The notes: generated by a model not told the origin, from the sequence alone. DNA of 64,000 bases from Oikopleura dioica (GCA_907165135.1 OU015569.1:12276001-12340000); one strand, 5' to 3'; positions 33,274-45,780 are shown, counted from the stretch's first letter. Numbers and translations: made by a program.

Positions 33274-33881
33274 TTAGATGAGCATATTCTGGTACATCTG
33301 GAAGAGCTGGTCGGGATGCATACTTTGCGCGCGTTTTTCGTGCACCTTAATTCAATTTTACGCTTCTTCAGACTTTTCTCAAAAATTAACAGAGAGACAC
33401 CCTTATTTTCCTTGACAAAAGGAAACTCAAAAATGGACAATTTTAAAAATTTTGTCCAACAGCTTCATTTTTCGCTAAAATGGCCATTTTTATAATCATT
33501 TTTATGAATATAATTGATTTTGAGAAGGGTATACCCTTAATGTTTGTGAAAAAAGAGCAAAACAAAGATTTTCTCAAAAAATGCAAAATTTCAATTTAAC
33601 AACCCAAAAGGCAAGAAATATCTAAAATTTTAGATATATATTTTTAGATATAGGGGGTCCTTAAGAATCTGTTGTCAAATGTAAGATACTGTACCTTGCT
33701 CCGGAAGCCTTGGAACTCAGAGGGTACCTTTTGGAAATAAACCGGTTGTGCCATGTACTCGTCTAAAAGCTCTTCCAGTGGATCGGCTACAGTAACGAAT
33801 TATCAATGGATACAGTAACAATTTACCTTTTGCGAGAAGAGGCATCGCTGCTATGGCCAAGAGGGAAAAGAAATTTCTCAT
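33274..33881 (-). CDS. 72-aa secreted prepropeptide-like protein, 3 exons (33881-33827, 33786-33695, 33345-33274)
   Basis: MRNFFSLLAIAAMPLLAKA-DPLEELLDEYMAQPVYFQKVPSEFQGFRSK|VHEKR-AQSMHPDQLFQMYQNMLI*; canonical GT-AG introns (40 and 349 nt) with matching phases; gene-like codon usage. Confidence 0.7.
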
Positions 33882-34214
33882 CAAAAATGTGAAAAAATTT
33901 TATCTTTTTTAAAAAGTGAGATTCGCAAAAGTTGTCCAGCTTAAGTATTGCCGCATAAATAATTAATTCGGTTGAGCAACAGTAAGCTGCCCACCGGATG
34001 GCGTCCGTTGTCGTCCGCTAAAAATAAATAAAAACTAAGAGTAAGCGATCGCCGCCGATTTTTATTGATAATTGGGAGAAATGGAATGGATTCTCAAAAG
34101 AAAATTAAGATTTTATTCCCATCGAGGAGTTAATTTAAATGACTAAATTTTATTACAAGTTTTTTATTAAAAATTTAACGTAGAAACCCCTTAATTTTTC
34201 GCTTCTGATCAATC

Positions 34215-34620
34215 ATATTCAAGAATCTGATTCCTTTTGGTCTCTTCCCAAAATTAAGATGATGACACCCTTAATTCCGAGAAATATTGAATAATTGTCA
34301 AAAGAAAATTAAGATTTTATCTCCATTTAGGAATTAATTTAAATAACTGAATTTTATTTCAATTTTTTTTTATTAAAAATTTAATGTAGAAACCCCCTTA
34401 ATTTTCAAAAAGGAACTGAGGCGGAAATTTAAGGGGTTTCTACATTAAATTTTTAATAAAAATTGAAATAAAATTCAGTTATTTAAATTAATTCCTAAAT
34501 GGAGATAAAATCTTAATTTTCTTTTGACAATTACTCAATATTTTTCGAAATTAAGGGTGTCATCATCTTAATTTCTTGGTAAGAGACTAAAAGGAATTGG
34601 ATTCTTCGATATGATTTCCA
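34215..34620. repeat. AT-rich ~400-bp foldback palindrome
   Basis: Arms complementary around a centre near 34415; partial duplicate at 34095-34200. Confidence 0.8.
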
Positions 34621-35038
34621 AAGAATCAGAAGTCGTCAAAATTCGCAAAAAATGATAAAAAAGGGGCGTTCGTGTGCATATGTCGTGGCGTCTGCCAATT
34701 TAAAAATTTCGCGGCAATTTTATTTTTGGTTTTTGTTGGTATCTTCGAGTACATCGGTAGCTACGTCTGAGCTTAGCTGAGAATTTCGCCCGAGCGAGTG
34801 GCACTTGCTGGAGCGATAGGCAGAGTGCGGCGAATATTTTTACTCTGCGCGCATCGCCGTAAATGCCACTTTTAACCAAGAAAAATTATGAAAAGCTGCT
34901 TCCCGCTCCGTAAAAAAGCGATAACGCGACGTAGCCCTGCTTTTTAACTGCCTCTTATCGGGTTTAATAAAAACACTGCTTTTTATATAACGCAGTTTAA
35001 ATTTATTTCAGAAATAAGAAAGAGAGCTTATTATGAGC

Positions 35039-35280
35039 CTGGGCTCGGCAACCTGAGTAGAAAACCTGAGTCAGGGTCTGAAAGATCAAAAATGAAAAGC
35101 CGCGTACCGGCTTTTTAAAGAACGAAGCCGCGAAGCGCCTTCGCAAAATTATTATTCATTCTTATTTTTAGCTTCTTGCGAAGCCGCTTCGCGGCTTCAT
35201 TTTAAAAAAGCCGCTTCGCGGCTTTGCATTTTATCTTTTAGACCCTGACTCAGGTTTTCTACTCAGGTTGCCGAGCCAAG
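35039..35280. mobile_element. CTGGGCTCGG-family MITE, 8-bp TSD with 1 mismatch
   Basis: Flanks TTATGAGC and TTTTGAGC. Confidence 0.85.
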
Positions 35281-35328
35281 TTTTGAGCTGAGCAAGTTGA
35301 AAACTCAGCTCAGCATTTGCGACCTTGC

Positions 35329-36485
35329 TCAGCTCAAAAATATCACAGCTGTAGAAGCTAAACTAGTCTTCCCACCAGGAATCGTTTTCGTCAAAATTCC
35401 AGTCCGAGAGAAAGATGCTCTCGCCCCCGAAGTATCAAGAAAATCCAAGTCTCCGAGCGATTCCTTCATCAATTCTATCTCCGTTGGCTCCAACGTCATT
35501 TCCGTTGTTCTCGTTCTTGTTCTCGTCGTTGTTGTCGTAGTCGTCTGAGTTGTTTCAGAAAAGCTCCCGAACTCTTGGATTTCCATCAAAGCCGATTCAT
35601 CATTTTCAATCGTTTCAAAGCTCGAATCATTGAAAACTTCAACCGCTTTTTGTGTTGAAGATTCAGTCGTCGATTCTTGGCAATCTAAAGGAATGGTCAA
35701 AAAGTCATCCTGTTTTTGTCACATACAGTCAAGTCGAAAATTCCAGCCGAATCCTTCGAACATCTCATCACTCTGAAATTGCACTGTTGCTTCGCGAAAA
35801 CGAATCGTCTCCAAATCTTCAGCCGTGTCTCCACAAAGCTCCCATCTCCCAGCCTCTAAAGTAGCATCTACAGTATTTAATCAAAAATAGGCCAGATGCG
35901 ATAAAACGGCACTTGACGCGGAAAAAGGCGATTTTCAACGTCTGTTTTGGTCTTATTTCTGTTCTCATTTCTACCTGTTTGAATGACTAGCCTGTCAAAA
36001 GCACAAGTTCCATCTTTAGAAGCTTCTTCAACGTCCAAAGAAAGCAGTTCTAGTTCGTGAAAGCAAGAATCGTCTGAAGGAAAAGACGATTTCAAATGCC
36101 AACTGCAGTTTAAATTTGCTGGATACGGCTCGTTCTGAAACAGATCTTCACTCAGACCCTGACTCAGGTTTTGGACCCTGACCCAGGTTTTGGACCCTGA
36201 CTCAGGTTTCAGACCCTGACTCAGGTTTTGGACCCTGACTCAGGTTTCAGACCCTGACTCAGGTTTTGGACCCTGACTCAGGTTTTTCACACAGTGTGCC
36301 TATCACTGTGTTATACAGACCTCAAACCATCCCGGAGATGAAAAATTACTGGAAAAAGTGGGGGCATCTCCGCAGATCGAATTAAAGTCCTCCTTTGTTG
36401 GCTGAAATTTACTGTTCTTTCATTTCGCAAAAGAAGTAATTTCTCACCAGAGCTTTTGAGATTGCAGCGACAAAAATAAGATCAT
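35329..36485 (-). CDS. Secreted or GPI-type single-CUB-domain protein with a Thr-rich stalk
   Basis: ICGDAPTFSSNFSSPGWFE|NEPYPANLNCSWHL...DVEE...CAFDRLVI...ELCG...VQFQSDEMFEGFGWNF (CUB); TTTTTTRTRT stalk; hydrophobic C-terminus; the signal peptide MILFFVAAISKAL needs +1 base in the A5 run at 36472-36476. Confidence 0.75.
36153..36285. repeat. Seven tandem 18-19-bp units GACCCTGACTCAGGTTT derived from the MITE subterminal motif
   Basis: Direct reading of the sequence; lies inside a CUB gene intron. Confidence 0.9.
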
Positions 36486-37982
36486 TGTTTTCGAAAGTTT
36501 TCGAAAGTGCGTTTTAAAAGCGCGTTTTGAGCTGCTCGCTTATCCTTATAAACGTCCTAAATAGGTCAGGGCTTATTTTGTCCTCAGTCTCAAAAAACAA
36601 AAATACAAAATCCTTAATCGCTGCTGTCTAATTCGCATCATCAGAAGACTCATCAATCATCACTCAATCCTTCAATCGAGCACCTACAGAATCTAGCTTA
36701 ATCTACAGTACTAGATTCTCCAGTTTTTCAAACAAATAACAATTACAGTCGATTACAGAAAAGAGAGGGAGAGAGGGCGACTCATTAATAGAAAGGATGA
36801 AGTGTTTAGTTTTTTTGGGCAGAAGTTCAACAAAGTAGGATGCTCAACGCGAATCAAAGTTTAATACCCAACAAGAAAAATACTGTATTCGGGCTATCGA
36901 CAGTCAGACGACTCAATACCAAATCGAACGGTAATAACACCTTTTCTATAGTCGTTTATTTCCAACTGTCGATTCGATTTAATCTCTTTCTTTGAAGATA
37001 TTTGGTGCAAATAGGAGTTCTGAAAGTATAAGAATATTTTGAGAAAGACATGATGCTTGGTTTTCTTTTTTGATGATAAGTGGAAAAAAAGTAAAACAGC
37101 GATTGGTAAAAGAAAGAAAATAGAACATGTCATGGGGCGGTCGGCTGCGACGAATGAAGTCCTATCGCGGCTTTCTATCTGCTGGTGATCGAGAGGGCCC
37201 ACTTCACAAAAACGACCCTTCGATCATTATTACGCAACAGAACTCGACTGCTGCCACGGTATCTCGCGAGCACCGATCTTCTTGCAAAGATGAATCAAAG
37301 AAAGCGGTTTAGATTTTCGCGCTGGTAAAGGTTGGATTCTTGAGGACCGAGATTACGGCGTCGGTAAATGAACGGGGCGACCTCTCCAGCTGCTGCGACT
37401 TCGGAGTAAATACCAATTTCGCCGCGGCTTTCCTCGTTCAAATGTCACTGCACCAGATTACCCTCTCCACCAAAAAATAAAAAATAAAGCAGATACAGTT
37501 TCTTGTATTACAGAAAAAAGAGGAGCGTTAGAGTCTCACTGTCTGACTGTAAATTCTTTTTTTGAAAAGCCGCTCTGCGGCTTCTTTTATAAAAAGCCGC
37601 TATCCGGCTTTTCATCCATCTTCCTTCAGCTCCTGACTCAGGTTTTGTTGACAGCCTAGCCCAGCTCAGAATTATCAGAATAAAAAGGAACGAAACATGC
37701 AAGTTCTTTTTAACTAAAAAAACTGGACTTTGCTAAGTTGCTTGTTGAACAAATTGGAGTTGTCAGGATGCGCTGTCCAGTGCTATCTCCTCTTCAGCTG
37801 CGAATCGTATCTTCTGGAGCGTTTCCAATTTCCTCTTTTCTCACTCCGAAAATCTCCTCCCTTATCGCTCTTATCATCTATTTTTCCAACAGCGATAATT
37901 TCCAACTCACAATTCACAATTCGCAATAAATTCTAATCTCTATTCTTCATTCTTCAATTTATCTAAAAGACAACCTTGCTAG

Positions 37983-38166
37983 CTGAGCTCGGAAACCTGT
38001 GTAGAAAACCTGAGTCAGGATTTGAAGTATTTCAAATGAAAAGCCACGTAGCGGCTTTTATAAAAACGAAGCCGCAAAGCGGCTTCGCCAGAATTCGAAG
38101 ATTCTTTGAAAAAAATAATTTTGCGAAACCCTGACTCAGGTTCTCTACACAGGTTGCCGAGTCCAG
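37983..38166. mobile_element. CTGGGCTCGG-family MITE, 8-bp TSD CTTGCTAG
   Basis: TSD at 37975-37982 and 38167-38174. Confidence 0.88.
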
Positions 38167-39615
38167 CTTGCTAGGCTTAGGGTTACGGTACAACAGGTTA
38201 ATTACTGTTTATCAAGTAGCTTTAATAGTAGCAGTAATTGAAGCAAACTAAAAAGAAAAAAAAAGGTTGTATTTTTGAAATAAACTGGTTCACCGTTCAA
38301 ATTAGCAATTAATTTTGTTGAAAAAGTCGATTTGTATATTTTCGCGAAAATAACGAAAAATTCATCTTTAGATAAATTTATCTTCCTCTGACGAAGCTTC
38401 TGAGTATTTTTAGCCGCCGAAGCGTACTTTTTCTGTTTCGCGAAAATGCTCTTTTTCTGTTTCTTCTGAATCTCCAATTTTGAAAGTCAATCAAAGCTGG
38501 AAAATTCAAAGGAATAGTTACTCAGTTAATCAAATCTGACGAAATATAAATTAACCAAAAATAAAAACATTTCTAGCTTCCGCCCAAGCGTTGTTAGAGC
38601 CCTGTGTTCACAACAGCAATAAATCGAGGAGTACCGACAGAAACAGGGAACACGTTACTGCTAGCTTCGGCAACCTGTGTAGAAAATCAGAGTATGGCCC
38701 ATTCAAGAAAGCTGATTTTAGAAAAGTTTTTAAGAAATTGGAGTGATAATAGGGAGGTGTCACGAATCGACAAAAATCCGACAAATTTTGCGTGGGCGGC
38801 TTTTCGGCTGCTGATTGGCCTATAAGCAGAATCAAGGATTTTGATTGGTTGAAAATTTCCACGTAAAATTTGTCGGGATTTTTTTGTCGGTTCCTGACAA
38901 CCCCCGTGATAATTTGGATTAGCCGCTCCGCGGCTTTGGTTTTAAAGCCGCTTCGCGGCTTTTCATTGAAGATCTCTAGCCCTGACTCAGGATCTCTACA
39001 TAAGTTTTGGTGCAACACGTGGAGGCTGAAAATGAGGGGCTATTTAGACACATCCGCAACAGAATAGTTTTGCGCATTCTATCGCTCTCGAACTGGCACC
39101 TGGCGAAATATTAAAGTTGAACCAAAAGAAGCCCATTTGCGGCAGCTTTCGCCACCGCCACCTCATGTTCCACCAGCAGTTATAGATCCGATCTAGCCAC
39201 CCTTAAACTCAACCAAACGCCACACTCGAAAATACTTTCACGTTTTCATTCAGCAAAAATTTAGGGTATCACTTGCTAAATTTAAAATTTAAAATATTTA
39301 TTTTTTTTCAAATCCAAATTCAAGAAATTTTTCTTTATCAAATTTTCGTAAAATAAAAAATGCAGTTTTTCGAATATATGCAGAGGCGAATTCGGAATAG
39401 GCGAATATGCCGTCATCTAACCAGGCGAAAGAAGTTCCGGCTGGAGACCACGAAAGTGGCACCTCCGTGCGTGTAGAGCACCGCCGAGTCGTCTCTAAAG
39501 CCGGAGCCCGTTCCAGCAAACTGCTCCTTTTTTCATTCCAAAGTTTACCAACTCCACCAATTCCACGTTTTAGACCAACCAAGCCAATTCCAGTACAAAT
39601 CTCTAAACTTAGCAA

Positions 39616-39880
39616 CTGGGCTCGGCAACCTGTGTAGAAAACCTGAGTCAGGGTCTGAAAGAACTGAAATGAAAAGCCGCGCAGCGGCTTTTTCAAACCA
39701 GCCGCGAAGCGGCTTCGCTAATATCACCATTAAAATCTATTGCCAGAATTTTTGATAGATTGTAATGGTGATATTAGCGAAGCCGCTTCGCAGCTTGGTT
39801 TAGGAAAAAAGCTGCGCGGCTTTTCATTTCAGTTCTTTCAGACCCTGATTCAGGTTTTCTACACAGGCTGCCAAGCCTAG
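39616..39880. mobile_element. CTGGGCTCGG-family MITE flanked by a 15-bp direct repeat
   Basis: CTCTAAACTTAGCAA at 39601-39615 and 39881-39895. Confidence 0.88.
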
Positions 39881-41443
39881 CTCTAAACTTAGCAAAGTGA
39901 CACCCTTATTTCTTTAATCAAATTGATCAAAAAAAGCTCTAGAAGGAAAATGTAGGCGCTCTAAAAAGCGCTTGTCTTAAAAATTTCTATTTGAAAGTCG
40001 GAGTTTTTTTTTGTATGTCGAAATGCTCTGTCTCTGCGGTGTCTCGGTGGCTAGCCGATTAGAACTTGTCCGAGTAGCGAGTGCCGGAGTCTGATCAACC
40101 AAACACGCAGCTTAGCGCATGTGTCCTTTATGTCACCAGCTCGCATGTATAGTAGACTTACGCGAATTCCGACCATCGGGCCTTTTCTTTCTATTTTTTT
40201 GTGGAAAAAAGTGGGTTGAATGTTTGTTACATCAGTCGAGTTTTTGAACGGAGGAACATGTTAGATGTATTTTGGGAAGCAAGTTGCGCACCTAATTCGT
40301 CGTGTCTCGCCATTTTTCAAAACACAATTTAGCAACTTTACTCGATAAATGATTAAGAAAGCGCTAGCTGGAGATAATAAATTCTAATTGGATCGAATTT
40401 CGGCTCGATCTTCTTCGAAATAAGTGCTATCTCGGCGGCCTATCGCAAGTGCAATCGAAGAGGGCTTACGTCTATCATCCTCTCTTTTGACGACCTCGCC
40501 CACGTGATCGCAAACTTTAGAAAGACGCACAAAAGGGGGAAGTTTCAGAAGTTTGGTTTTCGAATTTTTAATTTTGGAATTATGCTAATATCGGTTTTAT
40601 TAAGCTCCAAAAAGCGAATAGTAGCTGTCAGGCGAAAAAAGAAGGGAGACGGAAAAGAGGGAATAATTGAAATCGCTGTGGTCGAAATAGCTATTTTCTC
40701 GTTTGAATAGCTCGCCCCAGCGAAAATAAACGTTCAAATCAGAAAATTAGAATCTTCGCCGCCGCTTCCGGAAAAACGAAAAACTTAAACGATGTTTGAA
40801 CGAGACGCCCTGGCGTTTATTTTCACGCTGAGTCGAACCTCTAACTTTAGATAATTTTTTAACATTATCGATATTCAAGCTGAGCCAAAGACAAAAAGTT
40901 CCTTTCATAATTTATATCAATATGATGTCATTTATTAAGGACACCCCCGTCAGCTTTTTCCTTCGAAAAACTGAATTTTTAAAAGACCATATTTTTGGTT
41001 TTAAATGCGTCCGCTGGTTAAACTTGATTCAAAAACTCGAAAAGAGGAATATTTGACAAAAAAAAAATCAATTTTGTCAAAATAAGGGCAAATTCGTCAA
41101 TTTTCGTCGAAAAGTCCAATTTTCAAATGCTTCAATTTAAAAATGAAGCCTCAAAATCGTTTTTTGACTCGTAGAATCCACTTCCGGGGTCAAAATTTTA
41201 AAATTCCGAAATTTGATTTTTCGAAAAAAGCTGACGGGGTCAGGTAATAAAAATTAGTATTTCTCCGAAACACTTACATTCTATGCTTATTAGTTGGCCT
41301 AAAAGTCGTTAACTTATAGTAAAATTACGACCGATGAATATGCGTTATCTTCTCCTGCTGGTAAATCATTTCGTAAATATTTGAACTACCCTTTGCTTGA
41401 TTCAAAAGCTAACTAAAGTATTTTTTTCTATTTGGTCTGAAAA

Positions 41444-43846
41444 ATGACCGATAGAAAGAAGCATGCAAGGCTCATAATAGTGAATCCGGGAGGTAAAAAA
41501 GAGAATGCTTACAAAGATCCGGAAAACGACGAGAACTACGCGAGGACATTGGTAAATTTCACACTTTCGAGGAGGACTATCACACTTTTTCAACAAGAAA
41601 ACAAACAAAATTAGGCAAGAAATTAAACTAGGTTTTCTTTGAAAAAGCGTGGTTCTTCCAATGATTGTAAATAACAATCAATCTTTAAGAACAAAATAGG
41701 TCAACTTCTTAAACTTGAAGCAGAAGATGACGATAAAGGATATCATTACATTATTACTCAAAGCAAATTTTCCGAGGCAAAAGATGAAATGGAAAAAATA
41801 TACAAAAGCATAAAGGAGGAATGTAATAATGAAGACGATCTGACTTTGATCGCGGTTGTTCTGGCTGGTTTCTTAATATTTATTAAAGATTGAAAATGAA
41901 TGACCAAAAGTTCTATTTATCAGAAGAAGTCAACCTATTCACTCAAGAAACCTTTGATAGAAAGACGGTTTTTATAGTCGTGATGGGGACGCTATTCAAT
42001 TCGATGAAGGACCGCGACTTATTGAAGCGTTTTTCCGACCAATTTACCAGGATCCAGATCGAATTAATCTTCGCCGCATTAGACTATGCGTTATGAGCTT
42101 TCATTCAAGGTTTTTCTAACTTATAGGTTAAGCGCAATAAAAAAATTTTTAGAATATTTTCTCAAGCAGACGAAAAATTACGTAGAAGTGTCGAAGATGA
42201 AGAAAATCCTAGAAACCACATTTTTTCAAAAGCGTGGGATAATGGTCTTTGCTATGAACATCTTGTTTCTGGGAAGCTCAATACCATGAAAATATTCTAT
42301 TGTCGGAGAGAAGAAACGTTTAGTTTTGATGAAGAACGAATTGAAATTTTCGCAGACTTTATAAAACAGATGAGCTCGAGCAAAAATGAAAGATCGATCG
42401 AAAAAATACTGTTAAAAGGATTTTGATATGAAATTTGACATACAAAACTTTATAAAAGTAATCAATGTTTTATATCGAGAAAGACTTTTTTTCTTTGACG
42501 CACTCGTTGGTTGATGATGTTTTTGTGTTGAAACCAAAACCGCTCGATGGAAAACCCCTTTTTGCATCAATGGTTGTCGAAGTCGACAATGATCTGGATG
42601 AAGATCCATCAGTAACAACAATTACAAAGGACGAAGAAAATTTTTCCGCGGCAATCAATCATTTCTTCAAAGATCCTGAAATTATGACAATTCGAAAAGA
42701 AAACATTCTTAAACCATGCAAGAACTGGAAGAAGCGGTTTAATGCTGTTATGGAACAAGATGCGAAAAATTATTTCCAGAGAATAAAAAACAAAATGATA
42801 GAAAAAAACCCCTCTGCTGTCATCATTTATTTAGATAGTCACGGCTACTTCGATGAAGGTGGAAAGTATATGAAGCTCTCAAAAATAAGTGACAGGAAAA
42901 ATGAGGAAGACAAAGTTTGCATTGAAACACTTCTGAAAATTCTTGACGAAGACGATGATGATGAAAAAACTGAAACTCTAAGAAGTATACCGAAGATTGT
43001 CATCAATGACTGTTGCTATGTCAAGGAAGGGAGGAAAAATCCAAGAACTCAAGATATACTCATTCCGGAAATTCACGATCCTCAGCGGAAAGCAGCTGGA
43101 GGAGCGCGAAAATGTCCAAATCCAACAAATAACGAATCGACACCCAAAGATAAGATGCTCAAGCAGAAAATGAATACTATTATCTTTCATCCATCAACAG
43201 AGCAAGATTTTGCTTACGGCTGCTCAATGCTTAATGGTAAATATCAATTCTTTTTAACCAACTCAAGAATAGAATCGAAGTTTATGATATCTTTTTGACG
43301 TAATCATCTTTTTTTTCCAATACGCTTATATATTTTTAGCGATAATATCCTGTTGGAATGAAAATTTTAAGTCTACAACTGTCGACATCATGGACTTAGC
43401 CTTCCGTTAAGGGTGGATAATATTAGCAGCGACCTTTTTAAATTCGATAATTCGAATTTTGATTCTTTAAAACATTTGTCGTTTTCTCTTATAAAAATAA
43501 TCAAAAAAAAAAATTATAAGCTATTTACCAATGTTCCGGGTTTCATGAAGAAAAGGGAAGCTAAAAGTTATAAAACATTGTCAGTGGCATCGGCGGTGCC
43601 ACGCGTTTGCCGATGGGTTAGCTTGCTGAAATTATCCCTTTAAAAGCGTCGTTCATCATTTCTCTCTGAAAGATAATGTTGGCGAATGGATAATTGTTTC
43701 AGAAGAGGATCAAAGCAAATACAGATATGTGGAGAAGTTCGTAGACAACTATGGACGAGTTACTTGGAAGAAATTTGTGACCGTCCCTTACATGTGCGAG
43801 ATAGACATTGATCTCTGGCAAAATTTCTCTCTATCACGTAAAGAAG
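41444..43846 (+). CDS. Caspase-fold (clan CD, C14-like) protein with two tandem domains; 3' end uncertain
   Basis: Domain 1: KHARLIIVN...DENYARTL, LIAVVLAG, RKTVFIVVMG (no catalytic His/Cys). Domain 2 (ORF 42465-43298): AVIIYLDSHG and IPKIVINDCC. AT-rich, multi-exon. Confidence 0.6.
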
Positions 43847-45078
43847 GTAAGTTTATGAAGCTTTCTCAAATTAATGAATATTTGCTCTATACACATAATT
43901 ATCTGGAGTCATCATTCCCAAGATTTTCAAAAAATAAGAGTCAAAATAAAGATTGCAAATAGTTTACAAAAAACTTGAGCAATTTTTTAGCCAACGAACT
44001 ATTCGACATTGCAGAATTTAATAAATACTGTAAATGGTGTAACAAGAATCAAGCAAATATGTCATATTCAGGTGAGAATGCAAGTTCATACTTATGATTC
44101 ATAGTGATATTTTTTTGAATTTCTACAAAGTAATCATATTTTTAAGAGTGGCAGAATCTTCAAAAAATCAAACACTGAATCAAAACATGCAAATTTGAAA
44201 TTTCTGAAAATCAAAATAAATAACTAACCTGACAATTGCTGTTATTTAATAAGCAGGATTTATTCAGATTTACATTTTAATCTTGGTCCTTTTTTTTCAA
44301 AGAACAATTCCTCTTGAAATATTCCGGTTTTCAGAAATTCACATAAATGTTATGAATAGTGGCACGCTGCTTTGGTAAACAGGGCTGTCGTCTTTTGCAT
44401 GTTGCGTTTTCTTTGAGAAATTCGAGTGGAGGGATGATCTTCTCCAGAGGATGAGCAACAGTTGCTGCAACACTGCGCCGCCCTAAGACTCCACTTTTTC
44501 CAGTTCAAAAATAATAAACGAAAATATATTTTCAAATACAACTCTTATCCAACTTCGATCCCCGTTTTGATTACCGGTTAGTTAAAAATAAAGCGTAGTG
44601 ACACCCCTATTTTTTTCATCAAAACAAATGTGGACCCTGAAATATTCAAAAATAAAATAATTTGATGAAATAAATTAAGGGTGTCACCATGCTTATTTCG
44701 TAATTAACTAGCTACTTTTCATTTATGGAAAGCGTTGATTTTTGAACGGTTCATTTTCCAGCGCTGAGGGATTTTTTTTTCGTTTCGATGGCAATCGCTA
44801 TTTTTAAAGTACCAAACTGGAGCACTCTCTCGACCGTGTGGTCTGGCCCTTATCACAATAACGTGCCATCTAAATCCCAGCTTTTGAAAAACTAAAACGA
44901 ACGTTAAATACGCTTCATTCAGTTTTTTTTTTAATCAGACGGACTTATTTCGTCACCACACTTTATCGCTCTCTCGGTCCTTATCGACTTTTGGCGATAA
45001 ATATTTTCTAATTGAGCACTCTTTTTTTCAAAGATCTGGATCTACTGTTTTTGCTTGTAGAGTGTAATTCTAGATTTA

Positions 45079-45780
45079 CTCCCATAAAAAGCCGCTATAT
45101 ATGGCCTTACAGCCTGTGTAGAAAACCTGACTCAGGGTCTGAAAAACCCGCTCATCAGACCCTGACTCAGGTTTTCTACACCAGCAGAGCCCAATATATA
45201 GCGTGATTTTATGGGAGTAAGGCTCTGCATCCTGCGTAAAAACCTGAGTCAGGGTCTCATGAGCGGATTTTTAGACCCTGAGTCAGGTTTTCTACACAGG
45301 ATGCAGAGCCTTACTCCCATAAAATGACGCTATATATTGGGCTCTACAGCCTGTGTAGAAAACCTGACTCAGGTTCTGAAAAACCGGTGAAAGAGCCTGA
45401 CTCAGGCTTTCTACACAGGATGCAGAGCCCAATATTTAGCGTGATTTTATGGGAGTAAGGCTCTGCATCCTGCGTAAAAACCTGAGTCAGGGTCTCATGA
45501 GCGGATTTTTAGACCCTGAGTCAGGTTTTCTACACAGGATGCAGAGCCTTACTCCCATAAAATGACGCTATATATTGGGCTCTACAGCCTGTGTAGAAAA
45601 CCTGACTCAGGTTCTGAAAAACCGGTGAAAGAGCCTGACTCAGGCTTTCTACACAGGATGCAGAGCCCAATGTTTAGCGTGATTTTATGGGAGTAAGGCT
45701 CTGCATCCTGTGTAAAAACCTGAGTCAGGGTCTGATGAGCGGGTTTTCAGACCCTGAGTCAGGATTTATACACAGGTTCC
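45079..45780. repeat. About three copies of a 237-bp tandem unit built from short MITE-like hairpins and an alternately inverted spacer
   Basis: acagcctgtgtagaaaacctgactcagg recurs at about 45109, 45346 and 45583; spacer ttactcccataaaa / ttttatgggagtaa alternates in orientation. Confidence 0.9.

Noticed and set aside
37120-37900. Exons of a further minus-strand gene
   Set aside because: Short open stretches with conflicting frames; no supportable model.
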